From Lepidodermella squamata (lineage: Eukaryota > Animalia > Gastrotricha): a stretch of DNA of 64,000 nucleotides. A program made the position numbers and the translations under genes. The DNA is taken from positions 1,364,001-1,428,000 of the forward strand of contig JBLDXI010000055.1 of the NCBI GenBank assembly GCA_047495785.1, in the 5' to 3' direction. Shown here piece after piece: positions 48,215-60,940 of this stretch; within the stretch, counting starts at the first letter, position 1; each line of letters opens with the position of its first letter. The notes under the pieces are model-generated. The model was not told where the DNA came from. It saw nothing but the letters and a program-made list of their open reading frames with translations, and ran no database searches.

Positions 48215-50697
48215 ATGCTTCGATTTACGGCGGCGCTGTTGCTGCTGCTCATTGCCAGCGGCGCCGAGGCGTCGTACAACCTCGACCTCAACGCCGGCTC
48301 CGATTATTTCCCAACCGTCGCCGAGGCCGATGCGTATAGCTCGACGGAAAATTCAGGTAGTAACTACTTTGGCGGCGAGTCGTCAGCTGGAGCCAATGTG
48401 AAGCCGAGTGCCATTCCAGAATCTAGCGAAACTCCGTTCGTCGAAGTGCAGACAAGCAGCGGCCTCATCCGCGGCTTGCGGCAGCGCATGTCGAACAAGC
48501 GCATAGTTAACACTTTCCTCGGAGTGCCGTACGCCGAAGCGCCGATAGGCCGGCGACGATTCCGCCACGTCGGCCTCGTCGCGCCGTGGCACGGGGTTCG
48601 CAACGCCACGGAGTACGCGCCTGCCTGCTGGCAGTCGGTCGACGACTCGTTCAACCGGCACCCGGGCGTCGAAATGTGGAACCCGCCCGGTGGTCGAATG
48701 GACGAAGACTGTTTGTACGCAAACTTGTGGGTGCCGCACCGTTGCCTCTCCGCGGCTCTCAACGGCGGTTCGCATCGCTGCGCCGTTCTAGTCTGGATCT
48801 ACGGCGGTTCGTTCAACAGCGGAACCGCCAGTCTTGATCTGTACAACGGAGCCCTGCTCGCCTCGTTGCACCACGTCATCGTCGTATCGTTCAACTACCG
48901 CCTCGGCCCGTTCGGTTTCACCTATTTCGGCTCGACAGATTCGGCGCCGGGTAACATGGGCCTCATGGACCAGCAAACTGCACTTCGTTGGATCCACTCA
49001 AATGTCGAACATTTCGGCGGGAATAAGAGCCAAATCACGTTGTTTGGCGAATCAGCTGGCTCGGTTTCCGTTTCTATGCATTTATTCTCCAAGGGCAGCG
49101 AACCTTACTTTCGAAATGCAATCCTTCAAAGCGGCTCGTTATTCGGGCAATGGGCGATTCGAAGCCGAGATCACGCTAAAAAGCGGTCTCTGAACCTCGC
49201 GCGGCTTGTCGGCTGCTTCAGCGGCGGCGATCCAACTAATGTGTCGATGAGTGAAGTCGCATCCTGTATGCAGGGTGTTTCAGCCCGCGAGTTGACCGAA
49301 CAACAGTGGAATTTACAAGAGCGATACTTTGACACGTCGCTGCCGCCGGTTGTCGACGGTCATTTTCTTCATGAATCACCGCAACGCTGCCTAGAAAAAG
49401 GTGAATTCAAGAAAACAAACATCCTATTAGGTGCGAATAAGGACGAAGGCACGTACTTCTTGCTGTACGGACTTCGCGAGGAGGTTTACAAGATTTTCCC
49501 ATCCGAACCGGCGTTGACTCGAGACGCTTACCTCGCTGCATTGCGGCGCATTGTCGGGCCTAATAAGTTGTTGTACGAGATGACAAAGTACGTTTACGAC
49601 GATGCGAAGCCATGGCGCCCGTCGTTTCTTCAGGTGTTGAACGAGGTTGTGGGAGATCGCGAGTTCTTGTGCCCGGTCGTGAGGTTGGCGCGAACCTACG
49701 CAAAAAGTGGCGCCAACGTTTACATGTACCATTTCACTCACCGAACTTCAGTTTCGCCATGGCCAGATTGGATGGGCGTTATTCACGCGGATGAGATCGA
49801 GTACGTGTTCGGCCTACCTCTTCGGTCTAACGTCAAAGTTCAGCAGCCGAATGACGCTGAGGCTGATGATTACACAGCAGTCGTCGGCCCACCAGGCACG
49901 CAACGCTCATCCGATGGCAAGTTCATCAAGTATCCACTGGTAACGAGCCAACACGCGGCGTTGAAGGCGCCTGGCCAGCCCGGCCCTCTACCATCCGGGT
50001 CGCGTAAAACAAGCGAAACTGCATCGCCGGGCGGTTACACCTACAGCGAGTACCGCTTAAGTTGGGCAATGACTAAATTCTGGACTAATTTCGCAAAAAC
50101 CGAGTGAGTTCGATGATTTCTTTGATCGCTCGTGTATATGTTGGGTTTTTTTTCATTTCTAGTGATCCTAATACAGAGACACGCTTCTACCCACCGGCCG
50201 TCAGCGTGTGGCCGCGTTACAGCGTTGCTGACCAAAAGTTTATCTACTTCAACACGAGCCGGTCTTATACGATCGGCAAAGGCCTGCGCCACTCGGAATG
50301 CGTTTACTGGGAGCAAATCGCCGAGACGCATCTCGAACCCAGCGGCGCTGACGTGCTCAACAGTGATTCGGAAGCAGCGCCTATCAACTCTGCCTCATCG
50401 TCTTGTGCCAACTTCATCTGCATAGCCAGCGTTGTCGCACTCATTGCCGCTGGGCTTCTAAACGAGCAGCTAATCTATGTCCCTAATATTACTATTCCGA
50501 TCAAATCCCCTCGTAATACCTGTTCAAACCACAGTAAACTCACGCCGGTTTGCGATGCATCCTCTCTACCTCCTCGAAATCATGTTACATTTGGCAAAGT
50601 CGAGCGAATCGACGTGTCACAGACTGCCAGTAGTTTATGTTCTAGCTCTTCGTTATGTTTCCAGACTCGAAAAAGGTTGTTCAATTCAACTCGATAG
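48215..50697 (+). CDS. ACHE: Acetylcholinesterase / cholinesterase (2 exons; intron 50104-50162)
   Basis: Signal peptide MLRFTAALLLLLIASGAEA; FLGVPYAEAPIG; choline-site GVEMWNP; EDCLYANLW; FGESAG (catalytic Ser); NKDEGTYF (Glu); WMGVIHADEIEYVFG (His); WTNFAKT. Confidence 0.9.
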
Positions 50698-51650
50698 GAA
50701 TGAGAATCCCGTTTCATCCTTCTGACAATTTGTAAATCGTATTTTTTCAATTTAGGTAGGTTCGTAATATTTTGAACTTTTTCATTATTACTAACCCTTG
50801 ATGTATTTACTACAGCCTGTTGATCGGAACGAACCTCTCGCTGAAAGGTTGGCGGCAACGATGGCGAAATGAAAGCGAGGCGGTTGCATTTACTGTATAT
50901 AGCAACTTCCTGTGATAATATATTCGAGAATCAGTTGTTTATTGTATGAAAAATGAGCTATTATGATGCGAGAGCATGCGGAGGAATTGAGAATCTTGGA
51001 AAAAATACTTTGACTATATCATATTATTGCTATTTTTTCATTCTGCGAATTAGTCAGACTCTGATAGGAAATTAGTATTTGAACTTGTATCTTCAATCGA
51101 GGTCCATTTATTGTCCAGCCTTGTAAATTTTTAGAAACTGAATTGCTTATTTTTCTATGAAAAGACAAATTCCTACTTGTATTTCTTACGTTTCATCGGT
51201 TTTCTGAATGATGTTGGGTATGAATTTGACTCAGTTATACCTTACTTCAGTTCTTCTCAATCTTTTTATTTCATGTTTTTTCCCTCAATTTTATTTTTAT
51301 CTGAGTAATCTTCCAAGCTCATCAGCTTCGGCCAATCATATGTTGTTTAGTTTTATTTGTAAATGTATGAAAAAAATTAAATATATGGATTACTTTTTTT
51401 GAATGCCATCTCCAGCCGAGCCTTATTGTAAAAATAAACAAATACGTCACTTTGTCATCATTAAAATGTTATTGCGAATTTCTATCAGAACTAAGATGAT
51501 GCCATGCACAATTAAAATGTCAATTATCTATAATATACGAAATCGAAAGTTCGCGAGAAAATAAAACGAAAAATAATTGAGCAATTAATTTTCAAAATCA
51601 TCAGCTCATTGCGAAAGCTGAAAGTCAAATAACTTTTTTTTCGTTGGGAA

Positions 51651-53756
51651 ATGTTGAAATTTCAAATACTCAATTGCTTGTTACTTCTGGGTGGCTCGGT
51701 AATAGCCGACCGAGGGCATGAATCACGTGGTATGAATCATCAAGCTCATCATTTCGAGCATGAAGAACACCCGTCGTCTGCATTTTGTCGCCGCGACTTG
51801 ACCACTCTCCGCCAGCTGCTAGTTGTATTCCGACATGGAGACCGCACGCCTGAGGCTACTTTCCCGAACGACATGTACAAAGAAGATACGTGGCCTAATG
51901 GCTTTTCACAGCTGACAACGCGAGGCGTCGAGCGGACGTACGAACTTGGAACGTGGATGCGACAATGCTACGGCTCGTTCTTGCACAAAAATGTCAGCCC
52001 AAAGCGGGTCTACGTCAGGTCTAGCGACTACGACAGGACGCTGCAGAGTGCCAACGCCATGCTAGCCGGGGCCTACCCACCGTCGAACAACTACCAAACT
52101 GGAACTCAGGTAAAATTCCTAGATTTACCATATGCTTTTGCATTCCAATTTTTCCAGACCTGGGGCGAGACTTGTGCTGTGAAATTGGGCCAGCTATGGC
52201 AGCCGTTTTCGGTTCATACGATGCCCGAGCGGCTTGATTCGCTGATGCTGGGTCACAAATTTTGCCCTCGCTACGACGAACTCACCTACGAACTTAACAA
52301 CGCGCCGAAAACTCGCCACATGTTGGAAAGAGACATGAAATTCGTTGAGAAGCTTGTCAAGAAATCAGGCGTCAACTCGAAAGATTTTATCGTGAGAAAT
52401 TATTTAAAAAAATTAAAAGAAATTATGAATATTTTTCCAGAAAATCATCAACATCGTCCAAGGCGCAGTTTTGACCGAAGTTGAGAACGGCCGAACCCCG
52501 GTTCACTGGCTGAATTCTGAAAACGACATCGATCGGTTGGCTTACTACCGAGATTTCATCGTTGCCTTGTACTTCAAGAATCCCGAGTTGGTTAAAATTG
52601 TCAGTGGAAAGATGGTTCTTGTAAGTTATTTTGAGTTTGAAGTTGAAAACAGGATTTGAACATTTGAACTTTTCCTTAGGAAATTCTTGAGAGGCTGTTG
52701 GCTCGAGCTGCCGGTGCCTCTGAGCTGGAACATGTTGTTTATTCGGGCCATGCAGCCGGCCTCGAAGGCATTCTTGCCAGTCTAGGTGTTTTGAGCTGGC
52801 TCGGCTACCGAGAGCCTCCATACGGTTCCGCTGTTCTCTTCGAACTCCACCAGCTGAGCGACGTAAGGAAACTCAAGCTCTTTGCCTATTTAATTTTGAT
52901 TTTCTTGTTCAAGGGCTCGCATGCGGTGGCGACGTTCTACCGGAATTCATCTGTCCACCCGCCAATTCCCCTACCGCTTGCTGACTGCCGAACCTTTATC
53001 GAAGACAGCTGGAGCGATGAAAGCAAGGAAGATCACAAGGACGTGAGCATCGGTAAAGCACAGCCTGCATTCCTCATGAAGAGTAAGAAGACCAAGGTGT
53101 CTAAAAGCAGTGGTAGCGACGAAAAGGTCAGCTCAAAGCACCGCCGCCAAACGTTGTGTCTGCTCAAGGATTTCAAGAATGTGCTCATAAAGAAGGCAAC
53201 GCGCGACCACGACGCTGATTGCAAGTCGAAGAAGCCGTGGCATTTTGCTGCCGAGCCTGAGAAGAAAGCTATTTCGGTGTCTTCCGCTGAATCCGAATCG
53301 AAGGACATGGAGAAAAAGATGATGAAGGGCATGAAGAGAAAGACGCATCGCATCGCTAAGAAGAAGCAATCGTCACTTCAAGATTTCATCAAGTCTATGG
53401 AGAATGACATTGGTGATTCAAAGGGTATGAAGAAGTTGGAGAAACTGAAGGAGTTAGCCGGTCGTCGTCACCGCGAGAAGAAAACTCGCCGCTCATCTAA
53501 TTCATCATCTGGCGCGGAAAAGGCGCGCTACAAAAAGCAACGAAAAGCAAAAGAACACAGATCTTCATCATCTGGCGATGACTCAGAGAAGAAAGCTCAC
53601 CATCAGAAGTCAAATCGCCATAAGAAAGAGCAGCGCAAGTCGAAGGAAGATGGCGGGAAGAAGCATCGACGCGGCAAAAGGGCTCTATCTGAAGCCGACG
53701 TGCAAGGCTCAGATGACACGGAGACTTCGAAAGCGGCAACTGTTGCAGCTGAGTAG
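51651..53756 (+). CDS. Secreted histidine acid phosphatase-like protein 1 with basic tail (multi-exon)
   Basis: Signal peptide; RHGDRTP; FPND.Y....WP.G..QLT.RG; VYVRSSDYDRTLQSA; YSGHA where the HD motif is expected; PPYGSAVLFEL; Lys/Arg/Ser-rich C-terminus. Confidence 0.85.
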
Positions 53757-54627
53757 CTTGTCTGATATACACTGGAACAATGAAGACATTCCAAATTGAT
53801 TACCCTATATTTATTCAAATTGTGAACTTTATTTCTGATCGAAAGAATAAAAATTATTGCTTGAAGCTTCGCCAATTGTTCATTTATTTCCAAAATAATA
53901 ATTTTGGTAGTTTTCATGGATTGAAGCATGGGTGGCTCATGCAATGTTATGCATTCTGTGGTATGATAAGCAAACAAAGATAAACAAGAAGTTCACCATA
54001 TAATGAATAATGAAGTACCTGCTAGAGCTATAATTTGAGACTTGAAAAATTGCTTTTTGAAAATTGAAACAAATTTGAAGCATTTGTCAAGACCTCATGA
54101 AATCTTCGGGACAGCTCGTTTTTGTCCTTAAAGGCTTTCCCACATCAATGACCGAAGTAAAGCTAGGCTGGATCGCAGCTGGACCATAGCCGCAAATGCG
54201 CATTATCAAGTGCTGATGCTTAACAAATGACCTAATCACGCTATAGTTTTTTTCGACGTTGATCATTTTTTCAACTATGATTTCATTCGTTTATTAGGCA
54301 GGTAAAGCAATAACTCAACTTTGATTTACCTATGTATTTGATCTCACTAAAGGACAGAATCGGCAATGGATTTTGGAATCCTCACCTGAAATGGAAAAAA
54401 TTTGAAAATCTAATGACCTGGCCCTAGGCTGGACATAGACTAATTCGTGGCAATTATCGATGCAGTTTATTATTCCATCCGATCTGATTCATTGTTATCA
54501 ATTTTTCAAATTAATTTCAGACGAAGATGGACGCTTCGTCATTTTAAATCTTCCTTAATTGGGCCCTATCCAGCGAATGCAACGATCGAAAATATCTCAC
54601 TACCAGTAGCGATCATTTCTTGTAAAA

Positions 54628-56496
54628 ATGAAATCGATGATTAAATTGTTGTGTTCAACGCTGTTGTTAGGCCTCGCTGACTTGGCGGCCGGCTACTACA
54701 ACTACGGCATGGCTGATGGGCGCTTTAATGGCAAAAGCGAGCATCCGTCAGCGTTCTGCAAGCGGGACATGTCGACCCTGCGCCAAGTCATCACCATTTC
54801 GCGCTACGGCGACATCACGCCGGTGACGACTTTCCCTAACGATATTTACCAGGAGAGCTCGTGGCCGTCCGGTTTCGGCCAGTTGACGCGACGCGGCATC
54901 GAGCGATCGTACGAGTTCGGCCAGTGGATGCGCAGCTGCTACGGCGCCTTCCTGCATAAAAATGTCAGCCCGCGCCGTGTCTACGCCCGTTCGAGCGACT
55001 ACGACCGCACGTTGATGAGCGCCCAGGCTGTACTCGCTGGTGCTTACCCGCCGAGCTCGGGTTTCCAGACTGGTAACCAACGTTGGGGCGAAACATGTGC
55101 CTATCGCCTTGGCCAGCTGTGGCAGCCGTTCTCAGTGCATACGGTGCCAACGAGATACGACCGGCTACTTCGCGGCAATCTCAACTGCCCACGTTTCGAA
55201 GAGCTGACCCACGAAATCGACTTCTCGAAGAAGGCTAAAAAAATGCTGGGTAAGCTAGCGATATAAGTTGTTTTCAATAAATCTCTATGATTCATTTCCC
55301 AGCTCCGCATAAAGCCTTCTTAGATAAACTGGCGTACAAAGCCGGCATCAAGTCTAAAGATTTAGTCGTAAGTTGGAGAAGCTTTTCTTTTGACTGATAG
55401 TTTTGCTTTCTTTTTCCTAGAAAATAGTTTCTATCGTTGAAAGCGCAGTTTTAGCCGAAGTAGAAAACGGCCGTGTCCCTGTTGACTGGCTCAACACTGA
55501 GACCGATCTCGACAAACTGGCCTACCTACGCGACATGATTGTCAAGCTGTACTTTGAAAATCCCGAACTGACGCGTCTGGTCAGCGGTAAAATGGTGCAT
55601 GAAATCCTCGAGCGGCTGTTTGCACGCGCTTCTGGCACTTCCAGCCTGGAACACATCATGTATTCGGGCCACAGCACCGTCATGGAGGGTATGCTGGCCA
55701 GTCTGGGTGTTCTGCATATGCTTGGCTATCGTGAACCACCATATGCTTCAACTATCATATTCGAGCTTCACAAAATTACAGATGTAATTTTTTATTATGT
55801 TTTCCATGATTTTTCCCAAAGAGGAGGCAATTTTTTTATGCCAAGTTTTGTACCAAACAGAAGTCGTTCGGTGTTGCTGTTTACTACCGCAATTCTACCA
55901 CCCGTGAACCTATGCCGCTCCCGATTCCAGGCTGCAACACTCGCCACAACGTCGAAGTTTTCAGTCAAGAGGACGATAGCGACAGCTCGGAGGAGGCACG
56001 AAGCCTCGAAAGTCAAGCGGAGAGTCAAGGCCGCGAACAGCCAACTTTCGTGGGCGAGAAAGCCGCAGAAACTGCACCTGGTGTCGTGAGCCGCGCGAAG
56101 CGCGAGGCCGGCCCAGCGCCACCACAACTGTTGGCTCATGCGAAGAAAGGCGGCGAGCATAAGAAGAGCGAGAAAAAGCGACGAATGCGCCCTAAGAACA
56201 AGAGCAAATCGAGGAAACACCGACTGACGTTGTGCACGCTCAAAGATTTCAAGCGCGTTATGATCAAAAAAGCGACGCAAACGCACGATTTGGACTGCAA
56301 GGCCCGGTTGCCGAGCAAGCCTAAAAAAGCCCCCACCAGCGTCGAGACGAAGATTCATCCTCACGCGAAGAAAAACTCGCAGTCCAAGGAACTGCAACGC
56401 TCGAGGGAAGAGAACCGCCATCGCCGTAAATGGGCTTCTATCTCTGAATCGGACTCGGTTTCGCGAGGCCGCGCTGAGCCTGCCAAAGCTGCTTGA
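54628..56496 (+). CDS. Secreted histidine acid phosphatase-like protein 2, probably catalytically inactive (multi-exon)
   Basis: Paralog of the preceding gene. RYGDITP replaces RHGxRxP and YSGHS replaces HD; PPYASTIIFEL; basic tail. The frame stays open across the predicted introns. Confidence 0.85.
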
Positions 56497-56659
56497 TTGA
56501 TGTAAACTAAAGTGTGACTTATTGATTCAAATTTTGAAAAATGTATTTGCAAAGAAATAAACAATACGTTATTTATTGATTTCCGTAAAACCGATTTTTT
56601 ACAAGTATAACAGCAAAAATGATTTTTTTTCAGCATGTTTTGTAATGTTATCGGGCTGT

Positions 56660-58181
56660 TTATGGTGCTTCGTTACGAGTCAGCGCGTATGAGTCCTCCT
56701 GACGGCGTGACTTTTTGCTTGTGCTGCCAGTGTTTTTGCTCCGTTTTTTGTACAGTTGCTCCTTCGCCGTGGGCTGTGGCGAGCTGTTGCCGCGAAAATT
56801 TGAGCCTATCATGATTGCCGTAGCTGCGCCAGCCATCAGCGACCCGCTCAATGATCGCCGAACTGCGTTGTTTCTGCGCGAAAATGTCTCGAGGCAAGGG
56901 CATAGCTTATCGGCGAGGAAACGCCGGTAAGCTGAGCTGCACGTGCAAAGAACCAGAAAAACTGAACTGTATTCGAGCAGCATTAGCACTACGGCGACGA
57001 CGTGGAAGACGCGAAACGCCTGTGTTGTCAACACAGAGCGGCCCCAGATAACAGCGGCTGAAGTCGGGCTCAACAGGGTGCACGGGAATTCGGCGATGAG
57101 GATCAGCAGAATCATAACAACCACTGTTATTGTTAGCGACTTTTGGCGCCGTTTATTCTGCTCTACGCTATTGCCTTGGTAAGTTCCTGCGGTTATAGAT
57201 CTAAAGAGGGAGTAAACCAGCAGCAGCAGGAATATCAGCAATAATAAGATGGATCCTAGCAGGAAAAGGAATTTGACTAAAATATCTGACTACTTAGGCA
57301 ATAGCCTTGCTTACCGTAATTGAACATGATTAGTCTAACGTTTGAGTAAACTTTGAAGCCCCAAGCCGACCCAACCGAAGTCCACCGGTAGGCAACGCAT
57401 TTGTAATCATCGTGAACTTTGACTGCGAACAGCCTAGGAATGCTCACAATAGCTGAGGTCAGCCAAATCCAAGCGCAGGCGTATAGAGCTCGCGTCTTGC
57501 TATTTTCGGCCGTTATTTGCTTATTCAGCATATCGATGAAAAAATATCTGAAATTTAGAAAGTTTTAGCGTTAATCAGGGTTCTCGCCCATCATCCTATT
57601 TACCTATCAACGATAAGCGCAACAGAAGTTATTAGCGACCAAGTTGAGGCTAGACTTCCAACCGGCCACAAGACGTAAGCGTAGAAGTAGGCATTTCGAA
57701 AAACTTCAAACTCAGGAATATTGGACATTGTATCGATGCAGTAGTTGAGCAAAGCTAGGAAGTTGGCGATAGATAGGAATAACAGGTAGACAAACGATGA
57801 CGTGTTATGCCGCCTGTCTGCCAGGACGACGATGTTGGCAATGTTGCCTAGAACGCCGACCAAGGTGAGTACAATGACGAGATAGCCGAACAAGTTGTCG
57901 CCGGGCGTTAATTCATTGCCGTTGACGGGCCTTGATCGGCACCCTGGAGGAGCAGCAGTTGGATGAAAAGCCATCGCCTGAGTGAAGTCGGCCGTTGTAG
58001 GATAAGTTGTATCTGCCTTCGTTGTCATGATCGTCGTCGTTGTTGTAGTCCTCAGCAGTTTAGTCGTCGGCCTGCTTGTAGCAATCGATCGAGCCACAGT
58101 GGCTAAATACGTGATATCGTCGTAATCATCGTCGAGATAATTAGGTGGCGTTGGGAAATGAAAAATGACGGGCTCCGCCAT
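56660..58181 (-). CDS. Class A (rhodopsin-like) peptide GPCR, FMRFamide/myosuppressin/sex-peptide receptor-like group; 3 exons (58181-57604, 57547-57315, 57255-56660)
   Basis: TM1 GVLGNIANIVVL; TM2 YLLFLSIANFL; DRY formed across intron 1; TM4 IWLTSAIVSIP; TM6 LIAEFP; TM7/helix 8 FLVLCTCSSAYRRFL; Thr-rich N-terminus. Confidence 0.85.
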
Positions 58182-60518
58182 TTCCTCAATCCAAGGAATT
58201 TTCCTAAGTTGATGCAGTTTTACGAACTTTATAAAAACTGAAAAATATTATTAGCATAAAATTATTTGCGTAAATAACTTCAACCCAGTTAAAAGAGAAG
58301 GAGAGAGCAATAAAACACGTTGAAAAATCAATCGCAAAATTGTTTGGGCCAGAATGGGAGGCGGGAAGCAAAGCATATACAGATTGATTTTGGTATCCAT
58401 TTTTTTTTATTAATTTATTATTGACTCGACAAGCTCTCGGAAAAACAGGGCATACAGGAATTAGTAGCCGCACTCGACATTGCGCAGCACACTCGGAGGT
58501 GATGGCTGTATTCGGCGAGTTCGGTCAACAGCTCTTTTGCTCGCTTTTAGAAGGAAATATACTGCATCGAACTTAAGTATCCGACACTTCCGAAAGCCGA
58601 ACAGCTATCGATCAACACGCCGTATGCATGTTATGCTTGCCAGGAAACATCAACTTTTATGAAAGTAATGATTCCTTCGCGGTTGAATGAGCCTATCGTT
58701 TAACGCGAATGCGACGGCAGCTCGTAATAGCGCAACAAAAAGAAATATTATTATCAATTTTCGCGCGAACATTGTGTGCATGGCAAATATAAAAAAAAAC
58801 ATTCATTAGTAAAAACAATGCAATTAACATTATCGCCATTTGTGCGGCGCCGCGCGCATCATTCGGGCATCTCAAGTGATGCGAATCGCCACCGCATACG
58901 AGACAGCGCAAAGCGCGAAATTCGAAATTGTCCTCTTTGCAGCCAAAATTAAGGCGGCACCAGAGGCAGTAGTGGCAGGTCGACATGTAGGGGTAAATAT
59001 TTTCATCCAACTGATTCGATTTATCTTGTCGACACTTTCATCATTATTACTGCTGCCCTGGTGTAATTCAAGATATTACGACAAGATTGTATACGATGGT
59101 ATTTTCAATCGATCGTCTACTCCGCTTGAATGGCTCAGCAATTAGGTGACAAAGCAGGGTGGCTGCGAGGTTTCTACTTACTAAAATAATAGCTTTTTAT
59201 ATGACAACGAGTCCTTAAAAATCTATAAAGTTCTTTGCGCAGGCGGATGATTGCGACTTGAGTGGACATTGAAATTTGAGTCCAAGTTTTAGAACTTAAC
59301 CCTGTAACAAAAGTCGAAATTCTAGTTCGCTTTACGCTACTCAAATTCGTTTATTCTGCGCTAAGGCTGTGAAGAAATTTCGTAAAGAATCCCAGGTTAA
59401 CAAGGATCCGTAATAGTCATAAATTTACTCACATTGCATAACTACTATAATATCAGAAAAGGCGATAATACATTCCTATAATACGTATTATAGGCCAAAC
59501 GTTTTGCCGCTTTATTCTCCAATTTACAAGTGGCGCTTCGATTCGTCGATATCGAGGCCAATTGCAACTCGTGAACGATGCAACTTGTTGCGTACAGGCT
59601 CAGCAGGCTTGCTTGTCGAAGATTTCTGCGAAACTTGTCCAGATTGTTGTTGGCTGTCAGAAGAGATCGATTTTGAAGCACTAATATACATATTAGTATG
59701 AACTGTAGGTGAGTTATACCTGCTCTGGCTATCCATATTGTATAGTTATAGGATTGAACTACGTTAAACTTGAAAGCGGGAGCTATAAAAAATGCTACCT
59801 CTCTTACGGCTGAAAACTCTGTAATGTGGCAAGAAGTTTCGGTAGGGAAATGTAGCACAGGATTTTAAGCGTGATGACACAAGTAAATTTTCTAGCTCAG
59901 CGTTAATGACCTCGCCGCACGCAGTCGAGCAAGGCTGGTGTGTAAACGCGAAGGCGTACGAACATGCGTCAGTTTTTGCGCCAATATTACCATCTCTGAT
60001 GTCGTATGCAAAAAGATTAAATCTTTACAATGCTAGAGTAATGGCTTGGCATGGCTTTATAGCGCCTAAAACATCCATCGTCACGCATCTTAATGGCTAT
60101 ATAATTTTTTTCGAAACATCTAGAAGAGATGCAAATGCGTCAGAATTCTTGAAGAACTTTCGGGTCAAACTTTTAATATTGAATACAGGAATATAGAGCT
60201 TCTCCAAACTGGACTTCACGGCCTAGCACGAAGTTGATCTAGATGTTAAGACAGCCCTCTCGCCATATTTCTGTCATTCCGATAGTGGCGTAAAATCCTA
60301 ACCTAACCTAACCTTTCTGACCTCTTCGATAAGCTCAGTGAAAAAATCAAGTATTCCTAATTCCTAATTCAAGTTGAAGAATTCCTATTCCACATGAGAA
60401 GGAAAAGAACCTGTTCTGCTATTCACAAGCGTTAGACTTTTATTGCTGATATAAAAGCAAAAAGCGACCACATTTTGAATGAAACCCATGTTTAAAATCG
60501 ATGGCTTATTCGAGCTGT

Positions 60519-60940
60519 TCACAGTTTTAGCCGACCCGGCTGCATAGCTGCTGCGAGGATCGGGGCCAGCATTTTGTTCTTAGTTTTACCCAGGCAAAAC
60601 AGATAAAACTCTCCCTTCAGGCGATTTCGGCTATCACTTTTCGTCAGCACTAGAAAAATCGGATAAAAACAATGGCATACAAGATAAATCAGGCTGATAT
60701 ACATTTAGCCAGATCTTGAAGTGAAATCCTGTACTGCTGAACCTTCCACTGAATCCACTGCTCGCAACTGATCGATTCAGCGAGAGCTTTAACTCGAGCT
60801 CGCTCGGTCGAGTCCAACTTCTGAAGAGCTAACAAATGAATGCTTTCGGGCAGGACGGTGCTCGTTGGCAGAGATGAAACAAGGATTAGCAAGGCCGAGT
60901 AAGCGATGAAGAAACGAAAGAGAATCGTCGGAAAAGCCAT
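60519..60940 (-). CDS. Small secreted orphan protein (~122 aa; exons 60940-60703, 60649-60519)
   Basis: Signal-peptide-like MAFPTILFRFFIAYSALLILVSSLP. A 53-nt GT-AG intron (60702-60650) joins two ORFs in frame. An alternative upstream ATG lies at 60976. Confidence 0.6.

Noticed and set aside
12171-50697. Functional link between PGAP1 (GPI remodelling) and a possibly GPI-anchored AChE
   Set aside because: 33 kb apart with unrelated genes between; proximity is most likely coincidental
60297-60314. (CCTAA)3 resembling the arthropod TTAGG telomere repeat
   Set aside because: Only three copies and internal; could be chance or a transposon microsatellite, and is not evidence for a telomere or taxon
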